64,000 nucleotides of DNA, taken from NCBI RefSeq assembly GCF_006345805.1, contig NC_043016.1, positions 8,866,001 to 8,930,000 on the forward strand, given 5' to 3'. The notes under the pieces were generated by a model, which was not told the DNA's origin, ran no database searches, and was given only the letters and a program-made list of their open reading frames with translations. This stretch comes from Octopus sinensis (taxonomy: Eukaryota). Each line of letters opens with the position of its first letter. The first letter of the stretch is position 1. The translations under genes were made by a program, and so were the position numbers. This document shows positions 11,145 to 24,790 of this stretch, in pieces.

Positions 11145-13410
11145 CCTTCTTGTGACACTTGTGAAGACCTGTTGAGGCAAGTGAAAATCAAAATCAAAAC
11201 AAATCAAAATAGATGAACATCAATGGAATTTGTATCTTTGTGGTACCAGTGCCGGTGGCACACAAGAATCCATCTGAACGTGGCCGTAGTCAGTACCGCA
11301 TCACTGGCCATCGTGCTGTGGGCACATACACAACACCATCCGATCGTGGCCGTTCGCCAGCCTCATCTAGCACCTGTGTCGGTGGCACATAAAAACACCA
11401 TCCGAAGACCCGGCAAGACTAGTCAGGCCATAACCCATGGCCCCTACCTGGGACGTAGTCAGTCCACCTGTGCATACTTTCCTCCTTGTGATACTTGTGA
11501 AGGCCGTTGAGGCAAGTGAAAATCAAAATCAAATCAAAACAAATCAAAATAGGTGAACATCAATGGAATTTGTATCTTTGTGGTACCAGTGCCGGTGGCA
11601 CACAGACAAAACCATCCGAAAGTGGCCGTAGCCAGTACCGCATCGACTGGCCTCCGTGCTGTGGGCACATGACAAACACCATCCGATCGTGGCCGTTCGC
11701 CAGCCTCATCTAGCACCTGTGTCGGTGGCACATAAAAACACCATCCGAAGACCCGGCAAGACTATCAGGCCATAACCATGGCCCCTACCTGGGACGTAGT
11801 CAGTCCACCTGTGCATACCTTCCTTCTTGTGACACTTGTGAAGACCTGTTGAGGCAAGTGAAAATCAAAACAAATCAAAATAGATGAACATCAATGGAAT
11901 CTGTATCTCTTTGTGGTACCAGTGCCGGTGGCACACACTTTGTGGTACCAGTGCTGGTGGCACACAAGAGAAAACCATCCGAACGTGGCCGTAGCCAGGT
12001 TCCGCATCGACCGGCCCCCGTGCTGTGGGCACGTAACAAACCCATCCGATCATGGCCGTTCGCCAGCCTCATCTGGCACCTGTGTCGGTGGCACATAAAA
12101 ACACCTTCCAAGACCCCGGCAAGACTAGTCAGTCCACCTGTGCATACCTTCCTTCTTGTGACACTTGTGAAGACCTGTTGAGGCAAGTGAAAATCAAATC
12201 AAATCAAAATAGATGACCATAAATGGAATTTGTATCTTTGTGGTACCAGTGCCTGTGGCACACAAAATCCATCCGAACGTGGCCGTAGTCAGTACCGCAT
12301 CGACTGGCCATCGTACTGTGGGCACATAACAAACACCATCCGATCGTGGTCGTTCGCCAGCCTCATCTAGCACCTGTGTCGGTGGCACATAAAAACACCA
12401 TCTGATGAAGACCCGGCAAGACTATCAGAGCCATATCCCATGGCCCCTACCTGGGACGTAGTCAGTCCACCTGTGCATACCTTCCTCCTTGTGATACTTG
12501 TGAAGGCCTGTTGAGGCAAGTGAAAATCAAAATGAATCAAAACAAATCAAATCAAATCAAATCAAAACAAATCAAAATAGATGAACATTAATGGAATTGT
12601 ATCTTTGTGGTACCAGTTGCCGGTGGCACACAAGAAAACCATCCGAACGTGGCCGTAGCCAGTACCGCACCGACTGGCCTCCGTGCTGTGGGCACGTAAC
12701 AAACACCATCCTATCGTGGCCGTTCGCCAGCCTCATCTGGCACCTGTGTCGTGGCACATAAAAACAGAACCATCCGAAGACCCGGCAAGACTAGTCAGGC
12801 CATAACCTGTGGCCCCTACCTGGGACGTAGTCAGTCCACCTGTGCATACCTTCCTTCTTTTACACTTGTGAAGACCTGTTGAGGCAAGTGAAAATCAAAA
12901 CAAATCAAAATAGATGAACATCAATGGAATTTGTATCTTTGTGGTACCAGTGCCGGTGGCACGTGGCACACAAGAAAACCATCCGAACGTGGCCATAGCC
13001 AGTACCCACGCATCGACTGGCCTCCGTGCTGTGGGCACGTAACAAACACCATCCGATCGTGGCCGTTTGCCAGCCTCATCTAGCACCTGTGTCGGTGGCA
13101 CATAAAAACACCAATCCGAGCGTGGCCGTCTGCCAGCCTCGCCTGGCACCTGTGTCGGTGGCACATAAAAAATACCATCCGAGCGTGGCCGTCTGCCAGC
13201 CTCGTCTGGCACCTGTGTCGGTGCACATAAAATCACCCACTACACTCTCGGAGTGGTTGGCGTTAGGAAAGCATCCACTGTAGAAACACTGCCAGATCTG
13301 ACTGGACTGGTGCAGCTTTCGGGCCCCCAGACCCCAGTTGAAACCGTCCAAAACCATGCTAGCATGGAAAGCGGACGTTAAATGATGATGATGATGATGA
13401 TGATGATGAT
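11141..13410 (+). repeat. Tandem array of ~6 units (~330-370 bp) derived from an RTE LINE 3' UTR, ending in an RTE 3' terminus with (GAT)n tail
   Basis: Unit starts near 11141, 11477, 11818, 12147, 12480 and 12849; GAAGACC.GGCAAG...GCATACC...GAAGACCTGTTGAGGCA..GAAA.TCAAAAT is shared with 16305-16450. Confidence 0.9.
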
Positions 13411-13548
13411 ATATATCAATCAAAACAAGCAACAAGGATATCCATAAGTTTATTTTGATTTTATTCACCTTACTTTGAAATTGTACCGTACTAAATTCTG
13501 GTGCCTCAACGTAAGTACCATATTCATCTGAATATATCAATCTATCTT

Positions 13549-16500
13549 TTCAGGTACATGATGCCACTGTCCCCTACCCCAGGGTCTCTAGGGACCGTAC
13601 CTCCCACACACTCAGGGTTGGTACTCTCAACGTCAGCACACTAAAAGGTAGGTCTGGTGAGATTGTTGAGATGCTTGAATGGAGATGTGTCAATATGTGC
13701 TGCATCCAAGAAGTAAGGTGGTGGGGAGGTTCTGGTAGGTTCCTCACAGGCAAAGAACACAAGATTTTCTGGGCAGGGAACACTGACGGGGTTAGGGGTA
13801 TGGGTATACTTCTTGTGGAGAAATAGGCAGATAAGGTAACTGAGGTAGTCAGAGTATGCGACAGAATACTTAAGATTAGTATAGTGCTCCATCATCGGTT
13901 AGCAACCATTATCTCGGCGTATGCCCCTCAGCCAGGGCTACCCGATGGACAGAAAGACCGATTCTGTGACACCCTCTTGCAGACTATCATGTTGACAAAT
14001 GACAGGGAACTTCTCTTTGCGGCTGGTGACTTCAATGGACATGTTGGACAACATGTCGGGGGCTTCCATGGCATACATGGAGGCTACAGTTTTGGTTCTC
14101 GCAATGAGGAGGGAACCAGGCTGGTGGAGTTCTGTGACGCAAATGATCTTATGGTTTGCAATACTAACTTCAGAAAACCTGCCAGCCGCCTAGTCACCTA
14201 CTGCTCTGGCAAACACACTAGTCAGATTGACTACATCCTCACCAGAAAAAGGGAAAAAGAAAAAGGAAAAAGGGAAAGATGGCTGCTTATAAAGGCCAAA
14301 ACCTTCCCAGGCAAAGAATGTACCCCACAACATAGCCCGGTAGTTAGTGACTTCAGGATCAGGGCTAAATGGATGCCCAGAAGATGACCAGCAAAGAGAA
14401 GAAGGGTCTGGAGACTTAAAGATCTTGCAAATGGACAGAGATTCAGAGACATATTACTCGAAGCCTTTGACGAAATAGAAGGGGAATAGGCTTCATATGG
14501 TATAGAAGACAACTGGAGATTCCTACGGACAACCTGCTAAGGGCCACCGACCAGATCTGTGGATGGTTGCAAAGTCCCCTCTCAACCAAAATAATGTGGT
14601 TGGTGGAAACAATGTTGTTGACAGGGCTATTAGAAAAAGAAGAAAACGGCTTGGAAGGACTGGAAGAACGGTGGTAGCAGGGAAGTGTATCAGAATGCCA
14701 GAAAAGAAGCTAGGAGGCAGGCTTATTTAGCCAGAGGAGGAGCAGATAAGAAAAAAATTTGCCAATGTTCTGCGCCATGAGGACCAAAGACTTGAGAGTA
14801 TTTCGTGTTGCAAGACAGTGTGTGAGAGAGAATTGTGATGTGTAGGAGAGAAATGGTTCGCATGGATGAGGTTCACTTGTGCTAAATGAGGATGCAAAGA
14901 GAGAGGTTTGGAGACGCCACTATGAAAGGTTGCTGAATAAAGAAAATGAATGGGATAAAGAGAGTCTGCCAAATGTCGATCCCAACAGAGGGACCAGCTA
15001 TCCAAGTTGACAGTTCTTTGGTAGCTAAGGCAATTAGAAGCATGAAGACAGGGAAGCCAGGCCCATCAGGAATTACTGCAGAGATGCTCAAAATATCTGG
15101 CAGTGTCGGCCTATAACCTAGTCACCCGTATGGAACCAGGTGATACACGAAGGAGTCATCCAATGACTGGTTGTAGCAGCATAATAGTCAACTACTACAA
15201 AGGTAAGGTGACACTTTAGATACAAATAATTACAGAGGTATCAAGCTGTTGAATCAGGTAATGAAGGTTACGGAGAGGGTCATAGCCTAACTGATTACGG
15301 AGAGAGTCAGCTTGATGAGATGCAGTTTGGTTTCGTGCCAGGGAAAAGCACCACTGATGCCATATTTCTGGTAAGACAGCTGCAGGAGGAAATACCTAGC
15401 CAAAGATAAGCCCCTGTACCTGGCTTTCGTTGACATGGAGAAAGCCTTTGACAGGGTCACTGATCCTTATCTGGTGGTCATGAGGAAACTAGGGATAGAT
15501 GAATGGTTAGTGAGAGCTGGCAAGCCATGTACAGGGACGCTATAAATAAGGTGAGGGTGGCAACGAGTAACTGAAGAATTCCGAGTAGAGGTAGGGGTCC
15601 ACCAAGGTTCAGACCTCATCCCCTCCTATTTATTATAGTCCTCCAGGCAATAATGGATGAATTCAAGACAGGATACCCCTGGGAGCTCCTCTATGCTGGT
15701 GACTTTGCTCTAATTGCTGAGTCACTATCAGAACTGGAGGAGAAGTTTCAAATGTGGAAACAAGGATTAGACTTGAAGGGCCTTAGAACCAACCTAGCTA
15801 AAACCAAAGTCCTAATAAGTAGGAAGGCAGGCAAATCACAAATCCAGAGAGCTCTTACTTCTGCTGGTGACAAAGGGCGTCTCGCTCAGTGTAAAAGGCA
15901 GACTGTATGATGCATGTGTACGAACAGCCATGCTACATGGCAGTGAAACATGGGCTGTGACTGCTGAGTACATACGTAAGCTCACAAAGAATGAAGCCAG
16001 TATGATCTGATGGATGTGTAATGTCAGTGTGCATACTCGACAGAGTGTAAGTACCTTGAGAGAAAAGTTGGACCTAAGAAGCATCAGATATTGTGTGCAA
16101 GAGAGATGACTGCACTGGTATGGTCATGTGGCAAGAATGAATGAGAATAGCTGTGTGAAAAAGTGCCACACCCTAGTAGTTGAGGGAACTTGTGGAAGAG
16201 GTAGACCCAGGAAGACCCGGGATGAAGTGGGGAAGCATGACTTTCGAACATTAGGCCTCACCAAGGAAATGACTAGCGACCGAGACTTTTGGAAATATGC
16301 TGTGCTTGAGAAGACCTGGCAAGCCAAATGAGACCATAACTTGTGGCCTATGCCAGGAGCATAACCAGCCCGCTTATGCATACCTTTTCCTTCTTTGGAC
16401 ACTAGACTCTGCTTGAGAAGACCTGTTGAGGCAGCTGAAATCAAAATCACCTTCGATGACTGGCTTCCATGCTAGTGGGGTGCAAAGAGCACCATACAAT

Positions 16501-17048
16501 CATAAAAGGGCACCATTCGAGCGTGATCATTACCAACGTCACCTTACTGGCACCTATGCCAGTGGCATGTGTAAAAAGATTCGAGCGAGGTCATTGCCAG
16601 TACCGCTTACTGGCCCCTGTGCTGGTGGCACGTAAAAAGCACCCACTACACTCTCGGAGGGGTTGGCATTAGGAAGATGGCAAACTGGCAGAAACGTTTG
16701 CGCGCCGAGCGAAATGCTTAGCGGTATTTCATCTGCCGTTACGTTCTGAGTTCAAATTCCACCGAGGTCGACTTTGCCTTTCATCCTTTCGGGGTCGCTT
16801 AAATAAGTACCAGTCATGCACTGGGGTCGATATAATCGACTTAATTGGTTTGTCTGTCCTTCTTTGTCCTCTCTGTGTTTAGCCCCTTGTGGGTAGTAAA
16901 GAAATAGGCATTAGGAAGGGCATCCAGCTGTAGAAACTCTGCCAGATCAAGATTGGAGCCTGGTGCAGCCATCTGGTTCACCAGCCCTCAGTCAAATCGT
17001 CCAAGCCATGCTAGCATGGAAAGCGGACGTTAAACGATGATGATGATG

Positions 17049-17049
<1 letters not shown>
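13549..17049 (+). mobile_element. RTE-clade LINE, near-complete ORF2 but decayed (stops, frameshifts, internal deletion near 15845)
   Basis: APE motifs (GTLNVSTL, CIQEVR, SAYAPQ, GDFNGHVG, QIDYIL); RT motifs (QFGFVPGKSTTDAIF, FVDMEKAFDRV, LLYAGD in place of YADD); C-terminal GRGRPRKT; 3' UTR and (GAT)n tail. Confidence 0.93.
16677..16906 (+). mobile_element. SINE family A nested in the RTE 3' UTR with 12-bp TSD
   Basis: GGCATTAGGAAG at 16665-16676 and 16907-16918. Confidence 0.9.
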
Positions 17050-17079
<30 letters not shown>

Positions 17080-17318
17080 GATCTGTATATATATACCGTT
17101 TGTAATAAATGGATAGATGGATGGATGGATGGATAGATGGATGGATAAATGGAGAGAGAGAGGGGGAGAAACTAAAGGGAGAAAGAGAGACAGACAGACA
17201 GACAGAAAAAGAAAGAAAGAAAAATGACTGAAATATGCTACCAGAGTAACTCAACTTTTTTTGTTTTTGTTTTTTGATTTTATTTTCTTCCTTTCCCTAC
17301 TCTCTCTCTCTGTTTTTA

Positions 17319-17716
17319 CTCTTTTACTTGTTTCAGTCATTTGACTGCAGCCATGCTGGAGCACCGCCTTTAGTCAAGCAAATCGACCCTGGCACTTATT
17401 ATTTGTAAGCCCAGTACTTATTCTATCGGTCTCTTTTGCCGAACCGGTAAGTGACGGGGACGTAAACACACCAGCATCGATTGTCAAGCAATGCTAGGGG
17501 GACAAACACAGACACACAAACACACACACGCATACATATATATACATATATACGACGGGCTTCTTTCAGTTTCCGTCTACCAAATCCACTCACAAGGCAT
17601 TGGTCGGCCCTAAGCTATAGCAGAAGACACTTGCCCAAGGTGCCACGCAGTGGGACTGAACCCGGAACCATGTGGTTGGTAAGAAAGCTACTTACCACAC
17701 AGCCACTCATGCGCCT
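17319..17716 (-). mobile_element. CORE-type SINE family B
   Basis: Near-consensus copy. Confidence 0.88.
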
Positions 17717-18019
17717 ACTTTTTTTATTTTTTGCTCTTTGTTTCTGGAGAAGGAAAAATAAATTTGAAACATCAAATATTTCTTTCCTTCACTCATTGAG
17801 TCATTGATTATCTAATTAACAGAGCATTTCATGGTCCATTGTTGTCATTAATACATTGGAATATAAACCATTTTCCATATTGATGCAGACAGACCTGCTC
17901 GTATTAATATGAAATATTACTTTGTGGATTACCAGTTGGGACTTTCCTGATAACCATTGCGGATTACTTTGGATTACCTTCACAGATTACATCATATCTG
18001 TTTTATTGTGTTGTATGCT

Positions 18020-18028
18020 TGTGAGTGT

Positions 18029-18077
<49 letters not shown>

Positions 18078-18277
18078 TGTGTGTGTGAGTGTGTGTGTGT
18101 GTGTGTAATAATTCTTATTGAGTTCATACATCTTCCTGGATTCCAGCTCCACTGCAGATTACCTCTTTAGACATAGGTGTGAAAATTGTACTATTTATCT
18201 ATTTATTTATCTGCCTGTCTGTCTGCCTCTCTATCGATCTATCTATCTGTCTATATCTGTCTTTTTGTCTATATCTA

Positions 18278-18324
<47 letters not shown>

Positions 18325-18359
18325 TTCTGTCTGTCTGTCCATCTGTCTGTTTGTCTGTC

Positions 18360-18404
<45 letters not shown>

Positions 18405-18435
18405 CATTCTTGGATCTATCTATCTATCTATCTAT
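18020..18435. repeat. (GT)n and (TCTG)n/(TCTA)n microsatellites
   Basis: Direct reading. Confidence 0.9.
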
Positions 18436-18619
18436 CTTGCCAGTGACGCATTAAAGGTGCTCTTGCCAGTGACGTGTAAAAGGCATCTGTGCAATATGTT
18501 AGAGGCACCCATACTAGTGACATTTCAAAGGCACCCAGTACACGTTGCCTCTTTTCTAATATGCAAAGTTACAGGGACATAAATTAACCAACACTGATTG
18601 TAAAGTGACGAAGATGTGG

Positions 18620-18653
<34 letters not shown>

Positions 18654-18655
18654 TC

Positions 18656-19052
18656 TCTTATACTCTCTTATACTTGTTTCAGTCATTTGACTGCGGCCAT
18701 GCTGGAGCACCGCCTTTAATCGAGCAACTCGACCCCGGGACTTATTCTTTTGTAAGCCCAGTAGTTATTCTATCAGTCTCTTTTGCCGAACCGCTAAGTA
18801 ACAGGGACATAAACACACCAGCATCAGTTGTCAAGCAATGCTAGGGGGAGACACACAAACACACACACACATACATATATATATATACATATACGATGGG
18901 CCTCTTTCAGTTTCTGTCTACCAAATCCACTCACAAGGCATTGGTCGGCCGAGGCTATAGTAGAAAGACACTTGCCAAGGTGCCACGCAGTGGGACTGAA
19001 CCCGGAACCATGTGGTTGGTAAACAAGCTACTTACACACAGCCACTCCTGCT
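18656..19052 (-). mobile_element. CORE-type SINE family B
   Basis: Near-consensus copy. Confidence 0.88.
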
Positions 19053-19055
19053 CCG

Positions 19056-19089
<34 letters not shown>

Positions 19090-19109
19090 TATACATGTCA
19101 AGGGTTGGT

Positions 19110-19490
19110 AAGCAGCCTTCATTTCTCATTGAAATCAGCTGCTGTTGCTCCCATCTAGGTCAGTGTGTTATTTTTGCAAAGGATAGGTCTGGGACCCAGA
19201 AAACTGAAAAAAGCCATCAAGAAAATAGGTACAGCAGTCAAAACTAGCTCAAGATGGCTATGGTTGATAAGAGACCACAAGTGGAACACTTCTATAGGTG
19301 AAGACTATATCTCAGCACTCACTGTCCCTCTCAGGCAAAGTGTACTGGCTTAAGGGGCAAAACACTTGTGACCTTAAGATAACCAGGTGATGATAAAAAA
19401 GGGTTTTCAGCTTTGCAATGGATTTAGAAGAGCTTGCAAAGCCTCTGAGTAGCTCCAGCAGTTTTGCATAGAGCAAAGCATCTCTGACCT
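19110..19490 (+). mobile_element. HERO-like (R2 superfamily, restriction-like endonuclease) LINE 3' remnant
   Basis: RIGLGPRKLKKAIKKIGTAVKTSSRWLWLIRDHKW resembles the HERO C-terminus (..AIK....AE.ASRWLWL.R...W), followed by a probable 3' UTR. Confidence 0.6.
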
Positions 19491-19580
19491 TTATTTTACC
19501 AATGTACAAATATATAATATATAATATAATATAATATAATATGATATATATAATATAAATAAATATAATATATATACTAC

Positions 19581-19617
<37 letters not shown>

Positions 19618-19654
19618 GATATATATATATATATATATAGATATATATATATAG

Positions 19655-19686
<32 letters not shown>

Positions 19687-19799
19687 ATATATATGTGGGT
19701 GTGTACATATATACATGCATATATATGTATAAGTATATGTGTGTGTGTGTGCATATATATTACAATCCAACAGAATTAATTTATGTCTAATAATTCTAA

Positions 19800-20568
19800 G
19801 ATTAAGAATTCTTATATACCAATGTAAATTCTTGCAGTACCGATGTCTACTTCTACATTGGCACATCCTCTTCCCAGTTATCTCAGAGAATTTCCAATCA
19901 TTATTCATCATTTAGGGATAGCAGTTAACGTTATAGTACAGGGCTAAGTAAATTGGTTTGGTTATCTTAAAGACAACAATAAAGATTTTAAGTTAGATTG
20001 GTTCATCTGTCCATATCTTTCCCTATGATAAGGGCAAAGGATTTTGTAACATTTGCAACTCTGAATCTTCCATATTCTCTCTCTAATAATCACTTATAAC
20101 ACACTATAGAGCAATCTTACAAATGTAAGCACTCACAGAAACATATCTTTAGCTCATATAAGTGATTTTACCAGTCTTTATAGTTGAACGTTTAGGTCAA
20201 CTTGCACTTTACTTCAATAGAGAAATCTTACTTCCAAGCCTTTGAATGTTTTTTTAACCAATATATCCCTCTTTATTTGTTCTCTACTTATTATTTCTTT
20301 ACCCTTTCTCTTCCTAGGGTCTGCCTTTGACGTTGGATCTACTAACGTTTTTTTTTAAATACTTAATAGCATTCTGTTTATCATTTATGCAGTCATAAGA
20401 ATTGTGTATAATATCTTGTTGTGAGATAGGTTCTCTTTCTTCTGATGAGAAGATTGCATTATTTTACACAGTTTATTCCTTTGGAATAAAACCAATGGTG
20501 TCTTCGAAACATATGTCGAAAGTAAAAGAATTTGAATAACATCGCTCATTCAACTCCATTTATTTACT

Positions 20569-20575
<7 letters not shown>
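19800..20575 (+). mobile_element. Decayed PLE 3' remnant (GIY-YIG plus pseudo-LTR)
   Basis: Fragments YFYIGTSSSQLSQRISNHYSSFR...STGLSKLVW...PYDKGKGFCNICNSE with stops, followed by a hammerhead-bearing UTR. Confidence 0.75.
20435..20522 (+). ncRNA. Type I hammerhead ribozyme (weak stem I)
   Basis: CTGATGA-GAAGAT..(long insert with TTTATTCC/GGAATAAA hairpin)..GTCTTC-GAAA-CATAT-GTC-GAAAG; palindromic ACATATGT stem III. Confidence 0.7.
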
Positions 20576-20603
<28 letters not shown>

Positions 20604-20823
20604 ATATATATTATATATATATATATATATATATGTGTATGTATGTATGTGTATATGTATATCTATATATATCTGATTCAAATGTACAGAAAACAAAAGA
20701 TAAAAGCAGGTGAACAAGAAGTTATATTAGTTGACACTCAGGAGAATGGAAAGTCTTTGACATTTCAAGCCGATGCTCTTAACAGCAAAGAATGAGAGGT
20801 AAAAAAAGAAGAGAGACCGCGAG

Positions 20824-20867
<44 letters not shown>

Positions 20868-21524
20868 AAAATGGAGAGATAAAATGTATCAGTATTAAGA
20901 ACAACAGTGACACACACACACACACACATACATATAATACTGAGAGAGAGAGAGAGACCTATTCAAAATATGGTACAGTAATGTAACTGAGATATAGAAA
21001 ATTATATACTGTAAAGATGAGGTAATTCGTCCAGAAAAATATGAATGATAAATCTTGGTAACCTCAACTAATCTTAGACAGTTGGACATCTACAACTACA
21101 TCTAAAGTCTGCTTTACAACCATATGGTTTTGGATTCAGTACCACTGCATGGCACCTTGGTCAAGTATCTTCTATTACAACTCTAGTCTCACCAATGCTT
21201 TGAGAGAGAATTTTGGTAGACTATGTGTATATATATGTGTGTGTGTGTGTGTATACACACACATATATTAAAGTAATAAAGTTAATGTCCAGTTATAGAA
21301 TGACTAATAGTTTTGCATTCATAAAGGCTTTGGCCTGGTGAACATTTCTGTTCTGGCAGAGTGAATTGTGTCGTGGTGCTGTTTTTCTCACAGATGGTAC
21401 CCAACTGACCTTACTATACTGTGTAGTCGATAAAATCAAAAAACAATGTGCGTGAAATTAAAAATATAAAATGGTGTGATAACTTACTCATCACACACTG
21501 TGTGTGTATAGTGTATATTATATA

Positions 21525-21620
21525 TAATTGTTTGTTTGTATTCCACCGCCTTCGTCTTTTGTTTATTTCCGTAAACCTGCCTTCGTCTTTTTCCATTTTC
21601 ATAAAGCTTCCCCATTATAT
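21525..21620 (+). mobile_element. Pseudo-LTR fragment of the 9105-10772 PLE family
   Basis: Reverse complement of 9105-9200 (TTGTTTGTTTGTATTCCACC..CCTTCGTCTTTTGTTTATTTCCGTAAACC..). Confidence 0.8.
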
Positions 21621-21788
21621 ATATAATATATATTATATATATATATATATATATTTATATATAGAGGGCAATTATTATACATAGATGCCACATGCTAAGA
21701 GGGAACAAAAGTCATTTCTACCAAAAATTTTACTAATCCCACCGAATGCAATCTTCAAAGCAGTGCTATATATATATAATATATATAT

Positions 21789-21823
<35 letters not shown>

Positions 21824-23260
21824 TACATATATACAAACATGTATGATGAACTTCCACAGTTTCTGTCTACAAAATTCACACAAAGGCGATTGATTGGCCT
21901 AGCATTAAAACAAGACATTTGCCCATAGTGTTGTGCAGTGGGACTGAACCTGAAACCACAAGGTTATGAAAAGTGAGTTTCTTAACCGTGCAGCTACATC
22001 TTTAATAAATCGTTAATTCTCTCTTCATATTGTAAGAAGCTTCCAGCATTATTTCATTAGATTCCATTATTCTCTGTGTTTCCCTGAGCAATAAATAATT
22101 CACATCACTTGATTCTAATGATGTTCCCCAAAACCAGTAGGGAATTGCTAATGAATGGGGTAGTTGCCAATTTAGGGCCATGTATTTCACACTTGTTCCA
22201 CATCACTCCAAAAGTAGCAAATGTTACTCCAAAATGTTAATAAGAGGCACTTTTGAATAGCAGCTCTAACTGGAACTGTAAACCTTTGTTGGGGGGTATT
22301 GTGAGCTCCTGTGAAGGCAGCAAATTTCAAGGGAGTGCATCAGAGGATAGGGACACTGGGTGTTTAGGGAGGTGGGGATAGTTATGATGTTTTTTTTTCT
22401 TTGAAATAAAATATTTAAACAATGTTCAAACATGTGATTAGAATGTTGCTCAAAAGAATTACAAGAAGGAGTCTTCAAGCCAAACTAACCAGTTACTGAC
22501 GAGAAATTCGCCTGGCAATGATATTGTTTTGCTAAATTAACTATTAAAGGATGGCAAATAATATTGTTTGCTAAAGAAATTTCGAAACCATGGTATAACC
22601 AGGTAGTGCTATTAAGTTAGACATGGCCTGGGCCAATAATGGCCGAAACCTATCAAAGTATCAAAGTATCAAAGTAACCGATAATAAATAATAAGGTAAA
22701 AGTTTTTATTTTTCTATTACTTTGAAAATTGCTACTAAATCGTGGTTTTGAGCGGGTTGGCTGCTATTTCTAGCATGTAAAAATTACCTATCAAAGGGTA
22801 ATTTTTCTTTTTTGCTTAAATGTACACTATTTTAAAATATGAATATGTTGTCTATTGATTATTTATACATGTTAGACCACTGGTAGTGATATTTATAATG
22901 AATATTTGCTACCCTATATAATGTATCTTATGTATATATACATATATATATATATACACATATACATATACGCACACACATATTAAAGTAATAAAGTTAA
23001 TGTCTAATCATAGAGTGACCAATGGTTTCGCATCCATAAAGGCTTTGGCCTCGTGAATGTCTCATCAGACTCTCAAGCCAAAGACAATACAACACTTCAC
23101 CTCTGGGAGGTAGAAACATGCAACAGTCATTTGGTCATCAAAGAATAAATAGTCTCTATGGAGAATGTGACTGAAGACTTTTACTTCATGATCCTCTCGG
23201 GACTGTAGGCATAGAAAATGGATTGATGGATGGATGTATGATTCCTAAATTTTAGATACA

Positions 23261-23623
23261 TCTTTATATATATAAATGGCAAAATGTCTGTGTGTGTGTC
23301 CTTTATACAAATCCACAATTTGTCATTTAGAGGGCTCACACATTCTATGGTCATTTAAAACTGTCCAAGGGTGGTCGTGCACATCTTTACATTTCTCCAG
23401 TCACCCTGCAAAGCCATTAAAAAATTAACAGAAGTGACATTTTTGTGAATTTTCTATCCAAAACCCAATCAAAATGCCCGAAACTTGATATGCCAATTGA
23501 ATGCCAGCTAGCTGTATGTGATCGGTCGGAGATTTGGACAGTTCTCGGTGTATGTGCCACAGCATGCAGCTGTATATGCATGCACTAGCCCTATGACCCG
23601 GCAATGCCGGGTCATAGTCCTAG
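23261..23623 (+). mobile_element. Non-autonomous Helitron-type element
   Basis: 5' TC, 3' CTAG, subterminal hairpin CTATGACCCGG-CAATG-CCGGGTCATAG, inserted between A and T; second copy at 42668-43035. Confidence 0.8.
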
Positions 23624-24099
23624 TTTTAAATAAATAAATAAAACTGTTGAGATTAAAATGTGAACCCAACATAGTGTGATCAGCGAGGAAAAAACATGAT
23701 TGATGATACACCAAAGCCCAGTATAATTTCAGTGTATAAATATTAGCTTTCTTTCATAATTTCCATTGCAAAAAATTAACCAAAGGGGTAAATATCTAGG
23801 CAAAGGCAAAGGCAAAGGCACATGTATGGCTGTGTGATATGAAGCTTGCTTCCCAAACTCATGGTTCTGGGTTCAGTCCCACTGCATGGCACCTTGGGCA
23901 AATGTCTTCTACTATAGCTTTTGCCAACAAAGGCCTTGTGAGTTGATTTGGTAGATGGGAAATGTAAAAATCCCTTCATGAATGTGTGTGTGTGTGTATT
24001 TCAAATTCGATTTAAGATGTTACCTTCGTAGCATTTTAGATGAAGTTTTACATGCTTAATAATTGACGTGTACTCTTTAATTAGCTTTTATTGATTTCT

Positions 24100-24790
24100 T
24101 TCAGAATATAATTTTGAAGTGTAGAAATCCTTAATTTCAAATAATGGGAAAAGAAGAAATGTGTTTACTTTTATTGCATGAATTCAACCTTGGACATAAT
24201 GTCCCAAACAGCTGCCAATATCAACAGAGCATGAAGGTGAAGGGTCACAACAGTGGTTTGAGAGATTCCATAGTGAGGATGAGAGCCTTGAAGAACAAGA
24301 AGGTAGAGGACGTCCATCCACTTGGTGATCAGCATTTGAAAACAATAGGGGAAACAAAACCCACAACAAAGTGTCAGAGAAATGTCTTCTATTCTTGGTG
24401 ACTGTAAGCAAATGGAAGGAATGAATGTTCACTCAAGCAAAAATGAGACCTGCACTTGTTAATTGATTGTGGTCAATTCTGCTCCACGACAACACTTGAC
24501 TGCACATTTCCAGGATGACATTGCAGAAGCTCACACAAACTTGGAATACAAGACCTACCACATCTATCATTTCTCTGATCTTTCATCCACCAACCACCAC
24601 TTTTTCAAGTATCTAGGCACTTATTTAAGGCAACAATCCTTCCGTTCAAAAAACCGAGGTTGAAGCTGAATTCGAGGATTTCTTGGTATCATAATCTTTG
24701 GATTTTTATTGAAGAGGCATAAATGAACTTGTTAATTGATGGAAGAAATGCATAGCTGCTCAGGGATCATATTTTCAGTAATTAGACCTT
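24100..24790 (+). mobile_element. Mariner transposase remnant, internally deleted
   Basis: N-terminal LLLHEFNLGHN; C-terminal fragments resembling HDNA..H, PYSPDLS..HHFF and FY..GINELVN.WKKC. Confidence 0.75.

Noticed and set aside
11141-13100. Retrozyme interpretation of the ~335-bp array
   Set aside because: No complete ribozyme core in the units; homology to the RTE 3' UTR explains them.
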